Source: an uncultured Rhodanobacter sp.
GTDB lineage: Bacteria > Pseudomonadota > Gammaproteobacteria > Xanthomonadales > Rhodanobacteraceae
Assembly (NCBI GenBank): GCA_964489055.1
Contig: CAZAXF010000003.1
Location: 11,087 to 75,086 of the forward strand
Direction: 5' to 3'
DNA: 64,000 nucleotides
The notes beneath the pieces were generated by a model, which was not told where the DNA came from, ran no database searches, and saw nothing but the letters and a program-made list of their open reading frames with translations. This document shows positions 26,856 through 36,410 of the stretch, one piece after another. Both the position numbers and the translations under genes were made by a program. Within the stretch, counting starts at the first letter, position 1. Each line of letters opens with the position of its first letter.

Positions 26856-28655
26856 TCAGCTGGCGGCAGCCGTTCGCCTGGCCGATGGCGCCGATTCCGC
26901 GTCGGCGGCGTCCAGCGCGTCCACGATGCGCTGGTGTTCGGCCTTCAGCTTGTCGGGCAGGTGCTCGCCGTACTGCGCAAGATATTCGCCGATCCTGGCC
27001 TGCTCGTCGCGCCAGCCCGCTTCGTCGACGCGGAACAGCTCGTCCAGCGCGCCGTCGCCGAGGTGGACGCCTTCGAGATTGAGATCGTCCGCGTGCGGCA
27101 GGTTGCCGATCGCCGTTTCGCGCGCATCGGCCTGGCCGGTGACGCGCTTGAGCATCCACTCCAGCACGCGCATGTTCTCGCCGAAGCCGGGCCACAGGAA
27201 CCCGCCGTCGGCATCCCGGCGGAACCAGTTGACGTGGAAGATCTTCGGCAACCGGGCACCGGGCTGGTCGAACGAGAGCCAGTGCGCGAAATAGTCACCG
27301 TAGTTGTAGCCGCAGAAGGGCTTCATGGCCATCGGGTCACGCCGGATGTTGTCGCCCACGTCGGCCGCGGCGGCGGTCTTCTCCGACGCCATCGAGGCGC
27401 CGATGAGCACGCCGTGGGCCCAGTCGCGGGCCTCGAACACCAGCGGCACCAGCGCGGCGCGGCGCCCGCCGAACACGATCGCGTCGATCGGCACGCCCTG
27501 GTCGTTCTCGGCCTCGGGCGACCAGCTCGGGCACTGGTTGGCGCGCACGGTGAAGCGCGAGTTGGGATGCGCGGCCGGCCCGTTGGCAGGGTCATGGTCG
27601 CGGCCCTGCCAGTCCTTCGCCGGCGTGCGATCGTCCAGGCCCTCCCACCACGGCTGCATGTCGTCGGTGACCGCGACGTTGGTGAAGATGGTGTCGTGCT
27701 TGAGCATCGACACCGCGTTGGGATTGGTCTTCTTCGAGGTGCCGGGTGCGACGCCGAAGTAACCCGCCTCGGGATTGATGGCGTACAGCCGCCCGTCCGC
27801 ACCGGGGCGCATCCAGCAGATGTCGTCGCCCACCGTCCAGACCTTCCAGCCTTCGTTGCGATACCCTTCCGGCGGAATCAGCATCGCGAGGTTGGTCTTG
27901 CCGCAGGCCGAGGGGAACGCCGCGGCGACGTAGCGGATTTCGTGCTTCGGGTTCTCGATGCCCACGATCAGCATGTGCTCGGCCAGCCAGCCTTCGCTGC
28001 GCGCCTGGTACGAGCCGATTCTCAGTGCGTGGCACTTCTTGCCCAGCAGCGCGTTGCCGCCGTAACCCGAGCCGTAGGACTTGATGGTCAGTTCCTCGGG
28101 GAAATGCATGATCCAGCGCCGCTCGGGGTCGAGCTCGCCGACCGAGTGCTGAGCCTTGATGAAGCGTCCCTCGCGCTCGATGCGCTCCAGCGCCGCGGTG
28201 CCCATGCGGGTCATGATGCGCATGTTGGCCACGACGTATTTCGAGTCGGTGATCTCCACGCCGCAGCGTGCCAGCGGTGAGCCGATCGGGCCCATGCAGT
28301 AGGGAATCACGTACATCGTGCGCCCTTCCATGCAGCCATCGAACAGCGCGTCGATTTTCTTGTGGGCGTCGGCGGGGGCCATCCAGTTGTTGTTGGGGCC
28401 GGCCGCGTCCTTGTCCTTCGTGCAGATGACGGTCAGCTTCTCGACGCGCGCGACGTCCTTCGGGTCCGAGCGGTGCAGGTAGCAGCGAGGGTGGGTCTGC
28501 TGGTTGAGTTCGATCAGCTCGCCCGTTTCCAGCATCTCGTCGACCAGCTTGCGGTATTCGGCGTCCGAGCCGTCGCACCAATGGATGTGGTCGGGGCGGG
28601 TGCGTTTGGCTACTTCGTCAACCCATTGGTTCAGCGTGTCGAGCTTGCTAGGCAT
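26856..28655 (-). CDS. pckG: Phosphoenolpyruvate carboxykinase (GTP)
   Basis: Start at MPSKLDTLNQWV (ATG 28655). 599 aa with the kinase-1a loop AAFPSACGKTNLAM. Confidence 0.96.
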   Translation of the reverse strand: MPSKLDTLNQWVDEVAKRTRPDHIHWCDGSDAEYRKLVDEMLETGELIELNQQTHPRCYLHRSDPKDVARVEKLTVICTKDKDAAGPNNNWMAPADAHKKIDALFDGCMEGRTMYVIPYCMGPIGSPLARCGVEITDSKYVVANMRIMTRMGTAALERIEREGRFIKAQHSVGELDPERRWIMHFPEELTIKSYGSGYGGNALLGKKCHALRIGSYQARSEGWLAEHMLIVGIENPKHEIRYVAAAFPSACGKTNLAMLIPPEGYRNEGWKVWTVGDDICWMRPGADGRLYAINPEAGYFGVAPGTSKKTNPNAVSMLKHDTIFTNVAVTDDMQPWWEGLDDRTPAKDWQGRDHDPANGPAAHPNSRFTVRANQCPSWSPEAENDQGVPIDAIVFGGRRAALVPLVFEARDWAHGVLIGASMASEKTAAAADVGDNIRRDPMAMKPFCGYNYGDYFAHWLSFDQPGARLPKIFHVNWFRRDADGGFLWPGFGENMRVLEWMLKRVTGQADARETAIGNLPHADDLNLEGVHLGDGALDELFRVDEAGWRDEQARIGEYLAQYGEHLPDKLKAEHQRIVDALDAADAESAPSARRTAAAS

Positions 28656-28776
28656 GGAGGTTCCTTCGCCGGTTGCCGCATGAGACGGGGTCGTTGACGG
28701 TAAACCGCGCCTGCCGCCTTTGCAAGAATCGCGGATCGACGCGTTCAAGTTGCGATCATGCAGGCAACGGCGGCAA

Positions 28777-29415
28777 TCAGTGCGCGGCTTGCTCGCCTTC
28801 GTCCCCCGGCACCAGGGTTGCGATGACATGTTCGACGTAGGCGTCGTACTGCTCGTGCGACAGGTGCGGCAGTTCCAGCGTCAGGTTCAATTGCAGGAAC
28901 CCGACGTAGGCCGCGTAGGTGAGCCGCGCGCGGTGTTGCGCGGCGGCGTGGTCCAGCCCGGCCTGGCGGAACGCCAGTCCAAGCAGGTCCATGCGGCGTT
29001 GCGAAACGCGCGTCATCACCGGCTTGACCAGCGGGTGTTCCAGCGCCTGCAGCAGCGCGGCGTACACCCGGTGCGGCTGGATTTCGCCGGAGACCCAGCG
29101 GAACAACGCGCCAAGCCGTTCGCGCGGATCGTCGTGGATGGCGCCGACGTGGTGTTGCAGTTCCTGCTCGTCCTCGGCTTCCCAGCGCGCCAGCGCGGCC
29201 TGCAGCAGCGCTTCGCGGTTCTTGAAGTGCCAGTAGAAACTGCCTTTGGTGACACCGAGCCGGCGCGCCAGCGCCTCCACCGCGAGCGCGGCGATGCCTT
29301 CCTCGGCGATCACCTCCAGCGCGCCGCGCTCCCAGTCGCCCGCGGACAGGCGTGCATGCGCGCGCCGCGCGGGGGTGTCCGATGCAGTGTGGGCGGGCTC
29401 GGTGAACACGACCAT
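28777..29415 (-). CDS. TetR-family transcriptional regulator
   Basis: 212 aa with HTH LARRLGVTKGSFYWHFKNREALL. Confidence 0.9.
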   Translation of the reverse strand: MVVFTEPAHTASDTPARRAHARLSAGDWERGALEVIAEEGIAALAVEALARRLGVTKGSFYWHFKNREALLQAALARWEAEDEQELQHHVGAIHDDPRERLGALFRWVSGEIQPHRVYAALLQALEHPLVKPVMTRVSQRRMDLLGLAFRQAGLDHAAAQHRARLTYAAYVGFLQLNLTLELPHLSHEQYDAYVEHVIATLVPGDEGEQAAH

Positions 29416-29466
29416 ACTTTAGCGTATTGACAGGCGTTGCGCACAAATCCATACTTGGGCGTATGG
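29412..29466. promoter_or_regulatory. Two copies of CCATACTTnnGCGTAT (ATAC-N6-GTAT palindromes), candidate TetR operators
   Basis: CCATACTTTAGCGTAT (29412-29427) and CCATACTTGGGCGTATGG (29449-29466) sit in the 47-bp divergent spacer. Each overlaps one start codon. Confidence 0.3.
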
Positions 29467-30395
29467 AAAAGAATGTGCCCGCGGGCGCCAGCGCCCACCT
29501 GCATCGCATCCCGGTCGAAGCCGGCTTGTCGCTGGCGACGGAAACCCGTGGCCCGGTCGATGCGCCCGCCATCGTGTTCGCGCACGGCTTCGGCCAGAGC
29601 CGCCGCGCGTGGACCCGCAGCGCCAGGACCCTGGCCGCGCAGGGCTGGTCCACGGTCACGTTCGACGCACGCGGCCACGGCGACAGCGGACGTCCGCCCG
29701 ATGGCGATTACCGGATCGAGGCGTTCGTGGCCGACCTTTTGGCTGTGACGCGATTGCCGCCGCGCCCGCCGGTGCTGGTGGGCGCGTCGATGGGCGGCCT
29801 GCTGGGCCTGGCCGCCGCCGGAGAGGTCCGCCCCGATCCGTTCCGCGCACTGGTGCTGGTGGACATCACGCCGCGCTGGGAGAGCGCCGGCGTGGAGCGC
29901 ATGCTGGACTTCATGCGCGCGCATCCCGATGGCTTCGCCTCGCTGGACGAAGCGGCGGGCCAGGTTGCGTCCTACCTGCCGCAACGCCGCCGGCGCAAGG
30001 ACCGCGACGAGCTGGCGCAACTGCTGCGCCACGGCGCCGACGGGCGGTTGCACTGGCACTGGGATCCGGCCATGCTCGATTCCATCGCGCAGGACGGCGA
30101 ACGCCACCAGCAGCGCCTGATGAACGCGGCGCGCAACGTGGACGTACCGGTGCTGCTGGTGTCGGGCGGGCGCAGCGACATCGTTTCCGAAGATACCGTG
30201 CGCGAATTCCTGGCCGCCGTGCCGCACGCCGAACACGTCCAGGTTCCGCATGCCACCCACACGCTGGCGGGCGATGACAACGCTGCCTTCACCGCCGCCA
30301 TCGCACCATTCCTGCACTCGCTTGCAAAGGAGACGGAGGCGATCAATCCGCCCGCCAGGGGCCCATGCACCGCAGCGCGCCATCGTTCGGCCTGA
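29463..30395 (+). CDS. Alpha/beta-fold hydrolase
   Basis: Start at MEKNVPAG (ATG 29463; the ORF starts at 29427). HGFGQS and the nucleophile elbow GASMGG are present. 310 aa. Confidence 0.85.
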   Translation: MEKNVPAGASAHLHRIPVEAGLSLATETRGPVDAPAIVFAHGFGQSRRAWTRSARTLAAQGWSTVTFDARGHGDSGRPPDGDYRIEAFVADLLAVTRLPPRPPVLVGASMGGLLGLAAAGEVRPDPFRALVLVDITPRWESAGVERMLDFMRAHPDGFASLDEAAGQVASYLPQRRRRKDRDELAQLLRHGADGRLHWHWDPAMLDSIAQDGERHQQRLMNAARNVDVPVLLVSGGRSDIVSEDTVREFLAAVPHAEHVQVPHATHTLAGDDNAAFTAAIAPFLHSLAKETEAINPPARGPCTAARHRSA

Positions 30396-30425
30396 TTGCC
30401 GCCGTCCCCTTTTGAGAGGTTCGTC

Positions 30426-32903
30426 ATGAGCACCATCATTACCCTGATCTGCGTGGCCATCGTCGGCCTGGCCTGTGCCTATTTCCGCGCCCGCCTGTGG
30501 CTGTGGTCGCTGCTGACGATCGCGACCATCCTTGCCGTCGGTTTCGGCCTGCACGCGCTGGTGCCGATGTGGGTACTGCTGGGCATCTTCGTGGTGCTGG
30601 TGGCGATCCCGTTGAACGTGAAACCGTTGCGTCGCGCGCTGTTCGCCGCGCCGGTGCTGAAACTGTTCAAGCGGGTGCTGCCGAAGATTTCCGAGACCGA
30701 GCAGGTCGCGCTGGACGCCGGCACGGTCGGATTCGAGGGCGAGCTGTTCGCCGGCAAGCCCGCCTGGGCCAAGCTGCTGTCCGAACCCAAACCCGAGCTC
30801 AGTGAGGAGGAACAGGCGTTCCTCGATGGCCCGTGCGAAGAACTGTGCGCCATGGTCGACGACTGGCAGATCACCCACGAACTGGCCGACCTGCCGCCGG
30901 AGATCTGGGAGTTCATCAAGAAGAAGGGATTCTTCGCGATGATCATCCCCAAGCGCTATGGCGGGCTCGAATTTTCCGCCTTCGCGCACTCGGCGGTGCT
31001 GCAGAAACTCTCCAGCATTTCCGCGACGCTTTCCTCGCTGGTGGCGGTGCCCAACTCGCTGGGCCCGGCCGAACTGCTGCTGCGCTATGGCAGCGAGGAC
31101 CAGAAGAACCATTATCTGCCGCGCCTGGCCGATGGCCGCGAGGTGCCGTGCTTTGCGCTGACCGGCCCGTACGCGGGTTCGGATGCGACATCGATTCCCG
31201 ACTACGGCATCGTGTGCAAACAGACCGTCGATGGCAAGGAAACGCTGGGCATCAAGCTCACCTTCGACAAGCGCTACATCACCCTGGCGCCGGTCGCGAC
31301 GCTGGTGGGCCTGGCGTTCCGGATGTATGACCCCGAAAGCCTGTTGGGTGACACCGAAGACCTCGGCATCACCCTGGCGCTGATTCCGCGCGAAACCGAG
31401 GGACTTGAAATCGGCCGCCGGCATTTCCCGCTCAACATTCCGTTCCAGAACGGCCCGTTGCGCGGCAAGGACGTGTTCGTGCCGATTGACACCCTGATCG
31501 GCGGTCCGCACATGGCCGGCCACGGCTGGCGGATGCTGGTTGAATGCCTGTCGGTGGGGCGCGGCATCTCGTTGCCGTCCAATGCCACCGGTTTCGTGCG
31601 CATGGCGGCCGGCGCGACCGGTGCCTACGCGCGCATCCGCAAGCAGTTCGGTCTCGCGGTGGCGCGCTTCGAGGGCGTCGAGGAAGCGCTGGCGCGGATC
31701 GGTGGCTATTCCTACGCGGTGGCGGCGCTCTCGCGCGCGTCGGCGGCCGCGGTCGATCGCGGCGAAAAACCGGCGGTCGCCTCGGCGATCGCCAAGTGCC
31801 ACGCCACCGAGCTTGGCCGGTCCGTGATCCAGGACGCGATGGACGTGCACGGCGGCAAGGGCATCCAGCTCGGGCCGTCCAATTACCTTGGCCGCATGTG
31901 GCAAGGCGCGCCGATCCCGATCACGGTCGAGGGTGCCAACATCATGACCCGCAGCCTGATGATATTCGGCCAGGGCGCGATCCGCTGCCATCCGTGGATC
32001 CTCAAGGAAATGCACGCGGTGCAGGAACCGGACCGCAGCAAGGCGCTGCGCGAGCTGGACGAGGCGCTGTTCGGGCACATGGGCTTCGGCATTTCCAACG
32101 CGGTGCGCTCATTCTGGTTCGGGATCACCTTCGCCAAGTTCGGCAAGGCGCCGGGCGACGCCTACACGCGCCGCTACTACCGCAAGCTGAACCGCTACTC
32201 GGCGGCGCTGGCGCTGCTTTCCGACACCGCTATGGGCGTGCTGGGCGGCAAGCTGAAGTTCAAGGAAAAGATTTCCGCGCGCCTCGGTGACGTGCTCTCG
32301 TACCTGTACATCTGCTCGGCAATGCTGAAGCGCTACGAGGACGAGGGCCGGCCCGAAGTCGAGCGGCCGATGCTGGCCTGGGCCTTCCATGAATCGATGT
32401 GGCGGATCCAGATGGCGCTGGACGGCGTGATCCGCAACTTCCCGGTGCGCCCGGTCGCGTGGCTGGTGCACACCCTGGTGTTTCCGTTCGGCCGCCGCGA
32501 GGTGCCGCCCTCGGATCGACTGGGTCGCCGCGTGGCTGCGCTGCTGACCGCACCCAACGCCGCGCGCGACGCACTGGTCAAGGGCGCGTACCTGAGCCCC
32601 GAGGCCAACAACCCCATCGGCCGCATGCACGCGCTGCTCCCCGATGTGATTGCCGCCGAGCCGGTCGAACGCAAGTTCCTCAAGGCGATGAAGTCGGGCA
32701 CCATCAAGGCGCACGACTACTTCGAGCAGCTTGCCGAGGCCGAACAGCAGGGCGCCATCAGCGCAACCGAACGCAAGCAGCTCGAACACCTGCGCCGCAT
32801 CACCGCCGAATTCATCAACGTCGACGACTTCGACTCCGAGGAAATGCGCGCGGCCGTGATCCACGACAGCAAGGACGCGAAGCGCTCGCTGCACGTGGCG
32901 TGA
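30426..32903 (+). CDS. fadE: Large membrane-anchored acyl-CoA dehydrogenase (FadE type)
   Basis: Start at MSTIITLICVAIVGLACAYF (GAGAGG RBS). ~825 aa with two N-terminal TM segments, an ACAD core and a C-terminal DUF1974-like region, as in E. coli FadE. Confidence 0.9.
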   Translation: MSTIITLICVAIVGLACAYFRARLWLWSLLTIATILAVGFGLHALVPMWVLLGIFVVLVAIPLNVKPLRRALFAAPVLKLFKRVLPKISETEQVALDAGTVGFEGELFAGKPAWAKLLSEPKPELSEEEQAFLDGPCEELCAMVDDWQITHELADLPPEIWEFIKKKGFFAMIIPKRYGGLEFSAFAHSAVLQKLSSISATLSSLVAVPNSLGPAELLLRYGSEDQKNHYLPRLADGREVPCFALTGPYAGSDATSIPDYGIVCKQTVDGKETLGIKLTFDKRYITLAPVATLVGLAFRMYDPESLLGDTEDLGITLALIPRETEGLEIGRRHFPLNIPFQNGPLRGKDVFVPIDTLIGGPHMAGHGWRMLVECLSVGRGISLPSNATGFVRMAAGATGAYARIRKQFGLAVARFEGVEEALARIGGYSYAVAALSRASAAAVDRGEKPAVASAIAKCHATELGRSVIQDAMDVHGGKGIQLGPSNYLGRMWQGAPIPITVEGANIMTRSLMIFGQGAIRCHPWILKEMHAVQEPDRSKALRELDEALFGHMGFGISNAVRSFWFGITFAKFGKAPGDAYTRRYYRKLNRYSAALALLSDTAMGVLGGKLKFKEKISARLGDVLSYLYICSAMLKRYEDEGRPEVERPMLAWAFHESMWRIQMALDGVIRNFPVRPVAWLVHTLVFPFGRREVPPSDRLGRRVAALLTAPNAARDALVKGAYLSPEANNPIGRMHALLPDVIAAEPVERKFLKAMKSGTIKAHDYFEQLAEAEQQGAISATERKQLEHLRRITAEFINVDDFDSEEMRAAVIHDSKDAKRSLHVA

Positions 32904-32978
32904 CTTGGTGCGTCCCCCTTGTCCCACGGGAAGAAGGGGGCGAACGGCTGGATGCAGGTCCGGAATCGACCGGTGGGT

Positions 32979-33138
32979 GTAGCGTGCACTCCGTGCACGA
33001 CAGGGCTCGCCGCTTGCCCACCGCCCATCGTGCGCGCAGCGCACGCTACAGCCATTGCGCGATGCCGTGTAGCGTGCACTTTGTGCACGTCGGACCAACG
33101 GGATGACGGCACTCCGTCGTGCGCGCAGCGCACGCTAC
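32979..33138. repeat. BIME-like cluster of four GTAG-headed REPs in alternating orientation
   Basis: GTAGCGTGCACTCCGTGCACG (32979-32999), CGTGCGCGCAGCGCACGCTAC (33029-33049, inverted), GTAGCGTGCACTTTGTGCACG (33069-33089), CGTGCGCGCAGCGCACGCTAC (33118-33138, inverted). Confidence 0.9.
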
Positions 33139-33224
33139 GGGAATCGGTGTTGCCGTTTGCAACGTGCGTTTGCCGGCCTGAACCTGCGATGCTTGGGCGG
33201 GAGCGTTGATCGGTGGTGGGAGAG

Positions 33225-34715
33225 ATGACGCACTTTCTGGTACTGGACCAGGGCACGAGCAGCAGCCGCGCGATGGTGTTCGATGCGCGTGGGCGGATCG
33301 TGGCGGTGGCGCGGCGCGAGCTGCAGGTGGCGTATCCGCATCCGGGCTGGGTCGAGCAGGATGCGGGGGAAATCTGGACCTCACAGCAACAGGCCGCCGT
33401 CGAGGCGCTGGCGCAGGCCGGGATCGGTGCGGATGAAATCGCCGCGCTCGGCATCGCCAACCAGCGCGAGACCACGGTCATCTGGGATCGCGCCGACGGG
33501 CGGCCGATCGTGCCGGCGATCGTGTGGCAGGACCGGCGCACGGCCGCGGAATGCCGGCGCCTGGATGCCGCCGGGGTTGCCGACATGGTGCGTGCCAGGA
33601 CCGGCCTGCGCCTGGATCCGTATTTCGCGGCGACCAAGATCGCCTGGATCCTCGCCCACGTCGACGGCGCCCGCGAGCGCGCACGTCGCGGCGAGCTGGC
33701 GTTCGGCACCGTGGATGCGTGGCTGGTCTGGAACCTCACCGAGGGTCGCGTGCACGCCACCGACGTCACCAACGCTTCGCGCACGTTGCTGTTCAACATC
33801 GATTTGCGGGACTGGGATCCGGAACTGCTGGAACTCTTCGACATCCCGCGCGCACTGCTGCCGGAGGTGCGTCCGTCGGCGGGGCGTTTTGGCAGCACCA
33901 CGCTTGGCGGCGGCAGCATCGACCTGATCGGCGTGGCCGGCGACCAGCCGGCGGCGCTGCTCGGGCAACAATGCCGGCGCGCGGGGCAGGCCAAGAACAC
34001 CTACGGCACCGGCGCGTTCGTGTTGATGCACACCGGTGCGCGGCGGCTGGACGCCGAGGGATTGATTGCCTCGCCGGTGTGCAGCCTGCCGGGCGAGGCG
34101 CGGGCGTATGGACTGGAAGGGTCCATGTTCGTCGCCGGTGCGCTGGTGCAGTGGCTGCGCGACGGGCTGGGCCTGATCGAACATTCCGCGGACATCGAGG
34201 CGCTGGCGCATGAAGTGCCCGACAGCGGCGGCGTGACCATCGTGCCGGCGCTGACCGGCCTTGGCGCGCCGTACTGGGATCCCGCCGCGCGCGGCACCAT
34301 CCTCGGCGTGACCCGCGGCACCACGGCCGCGCACCTTGCCCGTGCCTGCCTTGAGGCCATCGCGTTCCGGACCTGCGACGTGATCGAGGCGATGCGGGCG
34401 GTGCTTGCGGCGCCCGTCGATGCGCTGCGCGTCGATGGCGGCGCCGCCGGCAACGACCTGCTGCTGCAGATCCAGGCCGACCTGCTCGGGATTCCGATCC
34501 TGCGGCCCACGGAAGCCGAATCCACCGCCAAGGGCGCGGCGGTGCTGGCGGCGGCAGGATCCGCGACGGTCGATGTTGATGGATTCGACGACTGGTGGCA
34601 GCTCGACCGGCGCTTCGACCCGGCGTTGACCGAAGACGCGCGCAACCGTCGCTGCGCGCACTGGCGGCGGGGGATCGAACGTGCGCGCGACTGGGCAAGG
34701 GATGCCGAGCCGTGA
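33225..34715 (+). CDS. glpK: Glycerol kinase
   Basis: MTHFLVLDQGTSSSRAMVFD. ~496 aa. A GTG alternative lies at 33213. Confidence 0.96.
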   Translation: MTHFLVLDQGTSSSRAMVFDARGRIVAVARRELQVAYPHPGWVEQDAGEIWTSQQQAAVEALAQAGIGADEIAALGIANQRETTVIWDRADGRPIVPAIVWQDRRTAAECRRLDAAGVADMVRARTGLRLDPYFAATKIAWILAHVDGARERARRGELAFGTVDAWLVWNLTEGRVHATDVTNASRTLLFNIDLRDWDPELLELFDIPRALLPEVRPSAGRFGSTTLGGGSIDLIGVAGDQPAALLGQQCRRAGQAKNTYGTGAFVLMHTGARRLDAEGLIASPVCSLPGEARAYGLEGSMFVAGALVQWLRDGLGLIEHSADIEALAHEVPDSGGVTIVPALTGLGAPYWDPAARGTILGVTRGTTAAHLARACLEAIAFRTCDVIEAMRAVLAAPVDALRVDGGAAGNDLLLQIQADLLGIPILRPTEAESTAKGAAVLAAAGSATVDVDGFDDWWQLDRRFDPALTEDARNRRCAHWRRGIERARDWARDAEP

Positions 34716-34720
34716 GCGGC

Positions 34721-36295
34721 ATGGACCGCGCGCAAAACCTCGCCCGGCTGCAGCGCGAATCCTTCGACCTGCTGGTGATCGGCGGCGGCGCGACCGGCGC
34801 CGGCGTGGCGCTGGACGCCGCCGCGCGCGGACTGTCGGTGGCACTGATCGAGCGCGGCGATTTCGCCAGCGGCACTTCCAGCCGCTCGACCAAGCTGGTG
34901 CACGGCGGGGTGCGCTATCTCGATGCCGCGGTGATGCATCGCGACCGCGCGCAGTTTCACCTGGTTCGCGAAGCACTGGCCGAGCGTGCGATCCTGCTTT
35001 CCATCGCGCCGCACCTGGTGCATCCGCTGCGCACCGTGGTGCCGGCGTACACGTTGTGGCAGGCGATTTTTTATCGCGCGGGCCTGTGGCTGTACGACCG
35101 TGCGGCGGGCGACGCCGCGATCGGGCGCAGTCATTTCCTCTCGCGTGCGCGCATGCTTGCGTCCTTCCCACGGCTTAAGCGACGCGGCCTCAAGGGCGGC
35201 ATTGCCTATTACGACGGCCAGTTCGACGACGCGCGCATGGCGCTGGCGGTGCTGGCGACCGCGGCGCGCGAGTCCGCGGTGGTGGTCAATCGCGTCGAAG
35301 CCGTGGCGCTGCTGGAAGAGGGTGGACGCCTGCGCGGTGCGCGCGTGCATGACCGGATCGGCGGGCAAACGTTCGCGCTTGCCGCGCGCGTGGTCGTCAA
35401 CGCGACCGGCCCCGGCAGTGATGCCCTGCGCCGCATGGAAAATCCGCGCGCCACGCCGCTCCTGGAACCCAGCCGCGGCACCCATGTAGCGCTGGAACGA
35501 TCCTGGGCGCCGCGCGACGACGGTTTGCTGATTCCGAAGACTTCCGACGGGCGCGTGCTGTTCCTGCTGCCGTGGCAAGGCGCCACGCTTGCCGGCACCA
35601 CCGACGTGGCCGCCGACGCGTGCTTCGATCCCGAGCCGAGCGACGCGGAAATCGACTACCTGCTGGCGCAACTGTCCGAATGGCTGGAGCCGCCGCCAGC
35701 TCGCGCGGCACTGCGCGCGAGCTGGGCCGGCCTGCGCCCGCTGATCGCCGAAGCCGCGACCCGCACCGCCAACATCGTGCGCGAGCACCACGTCGCAGTC
35801 GGACCGAAGGGCCTCGTGACCATCGCCGGCGGCAAGTGGACGACCTACCGGCGAATGGCCGAGGAGACCGTCGATCGTGCGATCGAGACGGCACACCTTG
35901 CCCCGCGCAATCCCTGCCGCACCCGCGAACTGAAGCTGGTCGGCGCCGAAGGTTTCGACCATGGATTGGCACGAACGCTCGCCACGCAACACCATCTCGA
36001 CAACGACATCGCCGAACACCTGGCCCACGCCTACGGTGGCCTTGCCGCGCAACTGCTGGCCGAGGCCGGTGAAACCGGCACGCAGCGCCTGTGCCAGGGC
36101 CATCCGTACATCGACGCCGAGGTCTGCTGGGCCCAACGGCACGAAATGGCGCTCACCGCCGCCGATGTCCTGGCCCGGCGCATGCGTCTTGCATTCATCG
36201 ACACCCGCGCCGCGGCCGCGGTGCTACCGCGCGTCGAGGAGATCCTCGCCCGTCACGATCAATGGGGTCAGGATCAATGGGGTCAGAGTCATTGA
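34721..36295 (+). CDS. glpD: Aerobic glycerol-3-phosphate dehydrogenase
   Basis: MDRAQNLARLQRESFDLLVIGGGATGAG (FAD fold). 524 aa. The tail DQWGQDQWGQSH is encoded by the GATCAATG repeats. Confidence 0.93.
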   Translation: MDRAQNLARLQRESFDLLVIGGGATGAGVALDAAARGLSVALIERGDFASGTSSRSTKLVHGGVRYLDAAVMHRDRAQFHLVREALAERAILLSIAPHLVHPLRTVVPAYTLWQAIFYRAGLWLYDRAAGDAAIGRSHFLSRARMLASFPRLKRRGLKGGIAYYDGQFDDARMALAVLATAARESAVVVNRVEAVALLEEGGRLRGARVHDRIGGQTFALAARVVVNATGPGSDALRRMENPRATPLLEPSRGTHVALERSWAPRDDGLLIPKTSDGRVLFLLPWQGATLAGTTDVAADACFDPEPSDAEIDYLLAQLSEWLEPPPARAALRASWAGLRPLIAEAATRTANIVREHHVAVGPKGLVTIAGGKWTTYRRMAEETVDRAIETAHLAPRNPCRTRELKLVGAEGFDHGLARTLATQHHLDNDIAEHLAHAYGGLAAQLLAEAGETGTQRLCQGHPYIDAEVCWAQRHEMALTAADVLARRMRLAFIDTRAAAAVLPRVEEILARHDQWGQDQWGQSH

Positions 36296-36410
36296 TCGCA
36301 TCTGCCGCGAAGAATGGCAGTGCCTGTCGTCATTGCAGTCGAGGCCGGGGCGACGTTGAAACAGGATCAATGACTCTGACCCCATTGATCTCATTGATCC
36401 CATTGATCTT
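36257..36410. repeat. GATCAATG-motif repeat block with a 26-bp perfect inverted repeat (36272-36297 / 36365-36390)
   Basis: GATCAATGGGGTCAG occurs twice in tandem, followed by AGTCATTGATC. The exact reverse complement GATCAATGACTCTGACCCCATTGATC lies 67 nt later and is followed by two more CATTGATC. This block is a probable bidirectional terminator. Confidence 0.9.

Noticed and set aside
29310-32078. 922-aa ORF antisense to the hydrolase and fadE genes.
   Set aside because: It is Arg/Ala/Gly-rich shadow-frame sequence with no motifs. The opposite strand encodes well-supported proteins.
34001-36142. 713-aa ORF antisense to glpK/glpD. The same applies to 33381..35171 (596 aa) and 9044..11143 (699 aa, antisense to the Tat protein).
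   Set aside because: These are high-GC shadow ORFs. They have biased Arg/Ala/Pro composition and no recognisable domains, and they fully overlap strongly supported genes.
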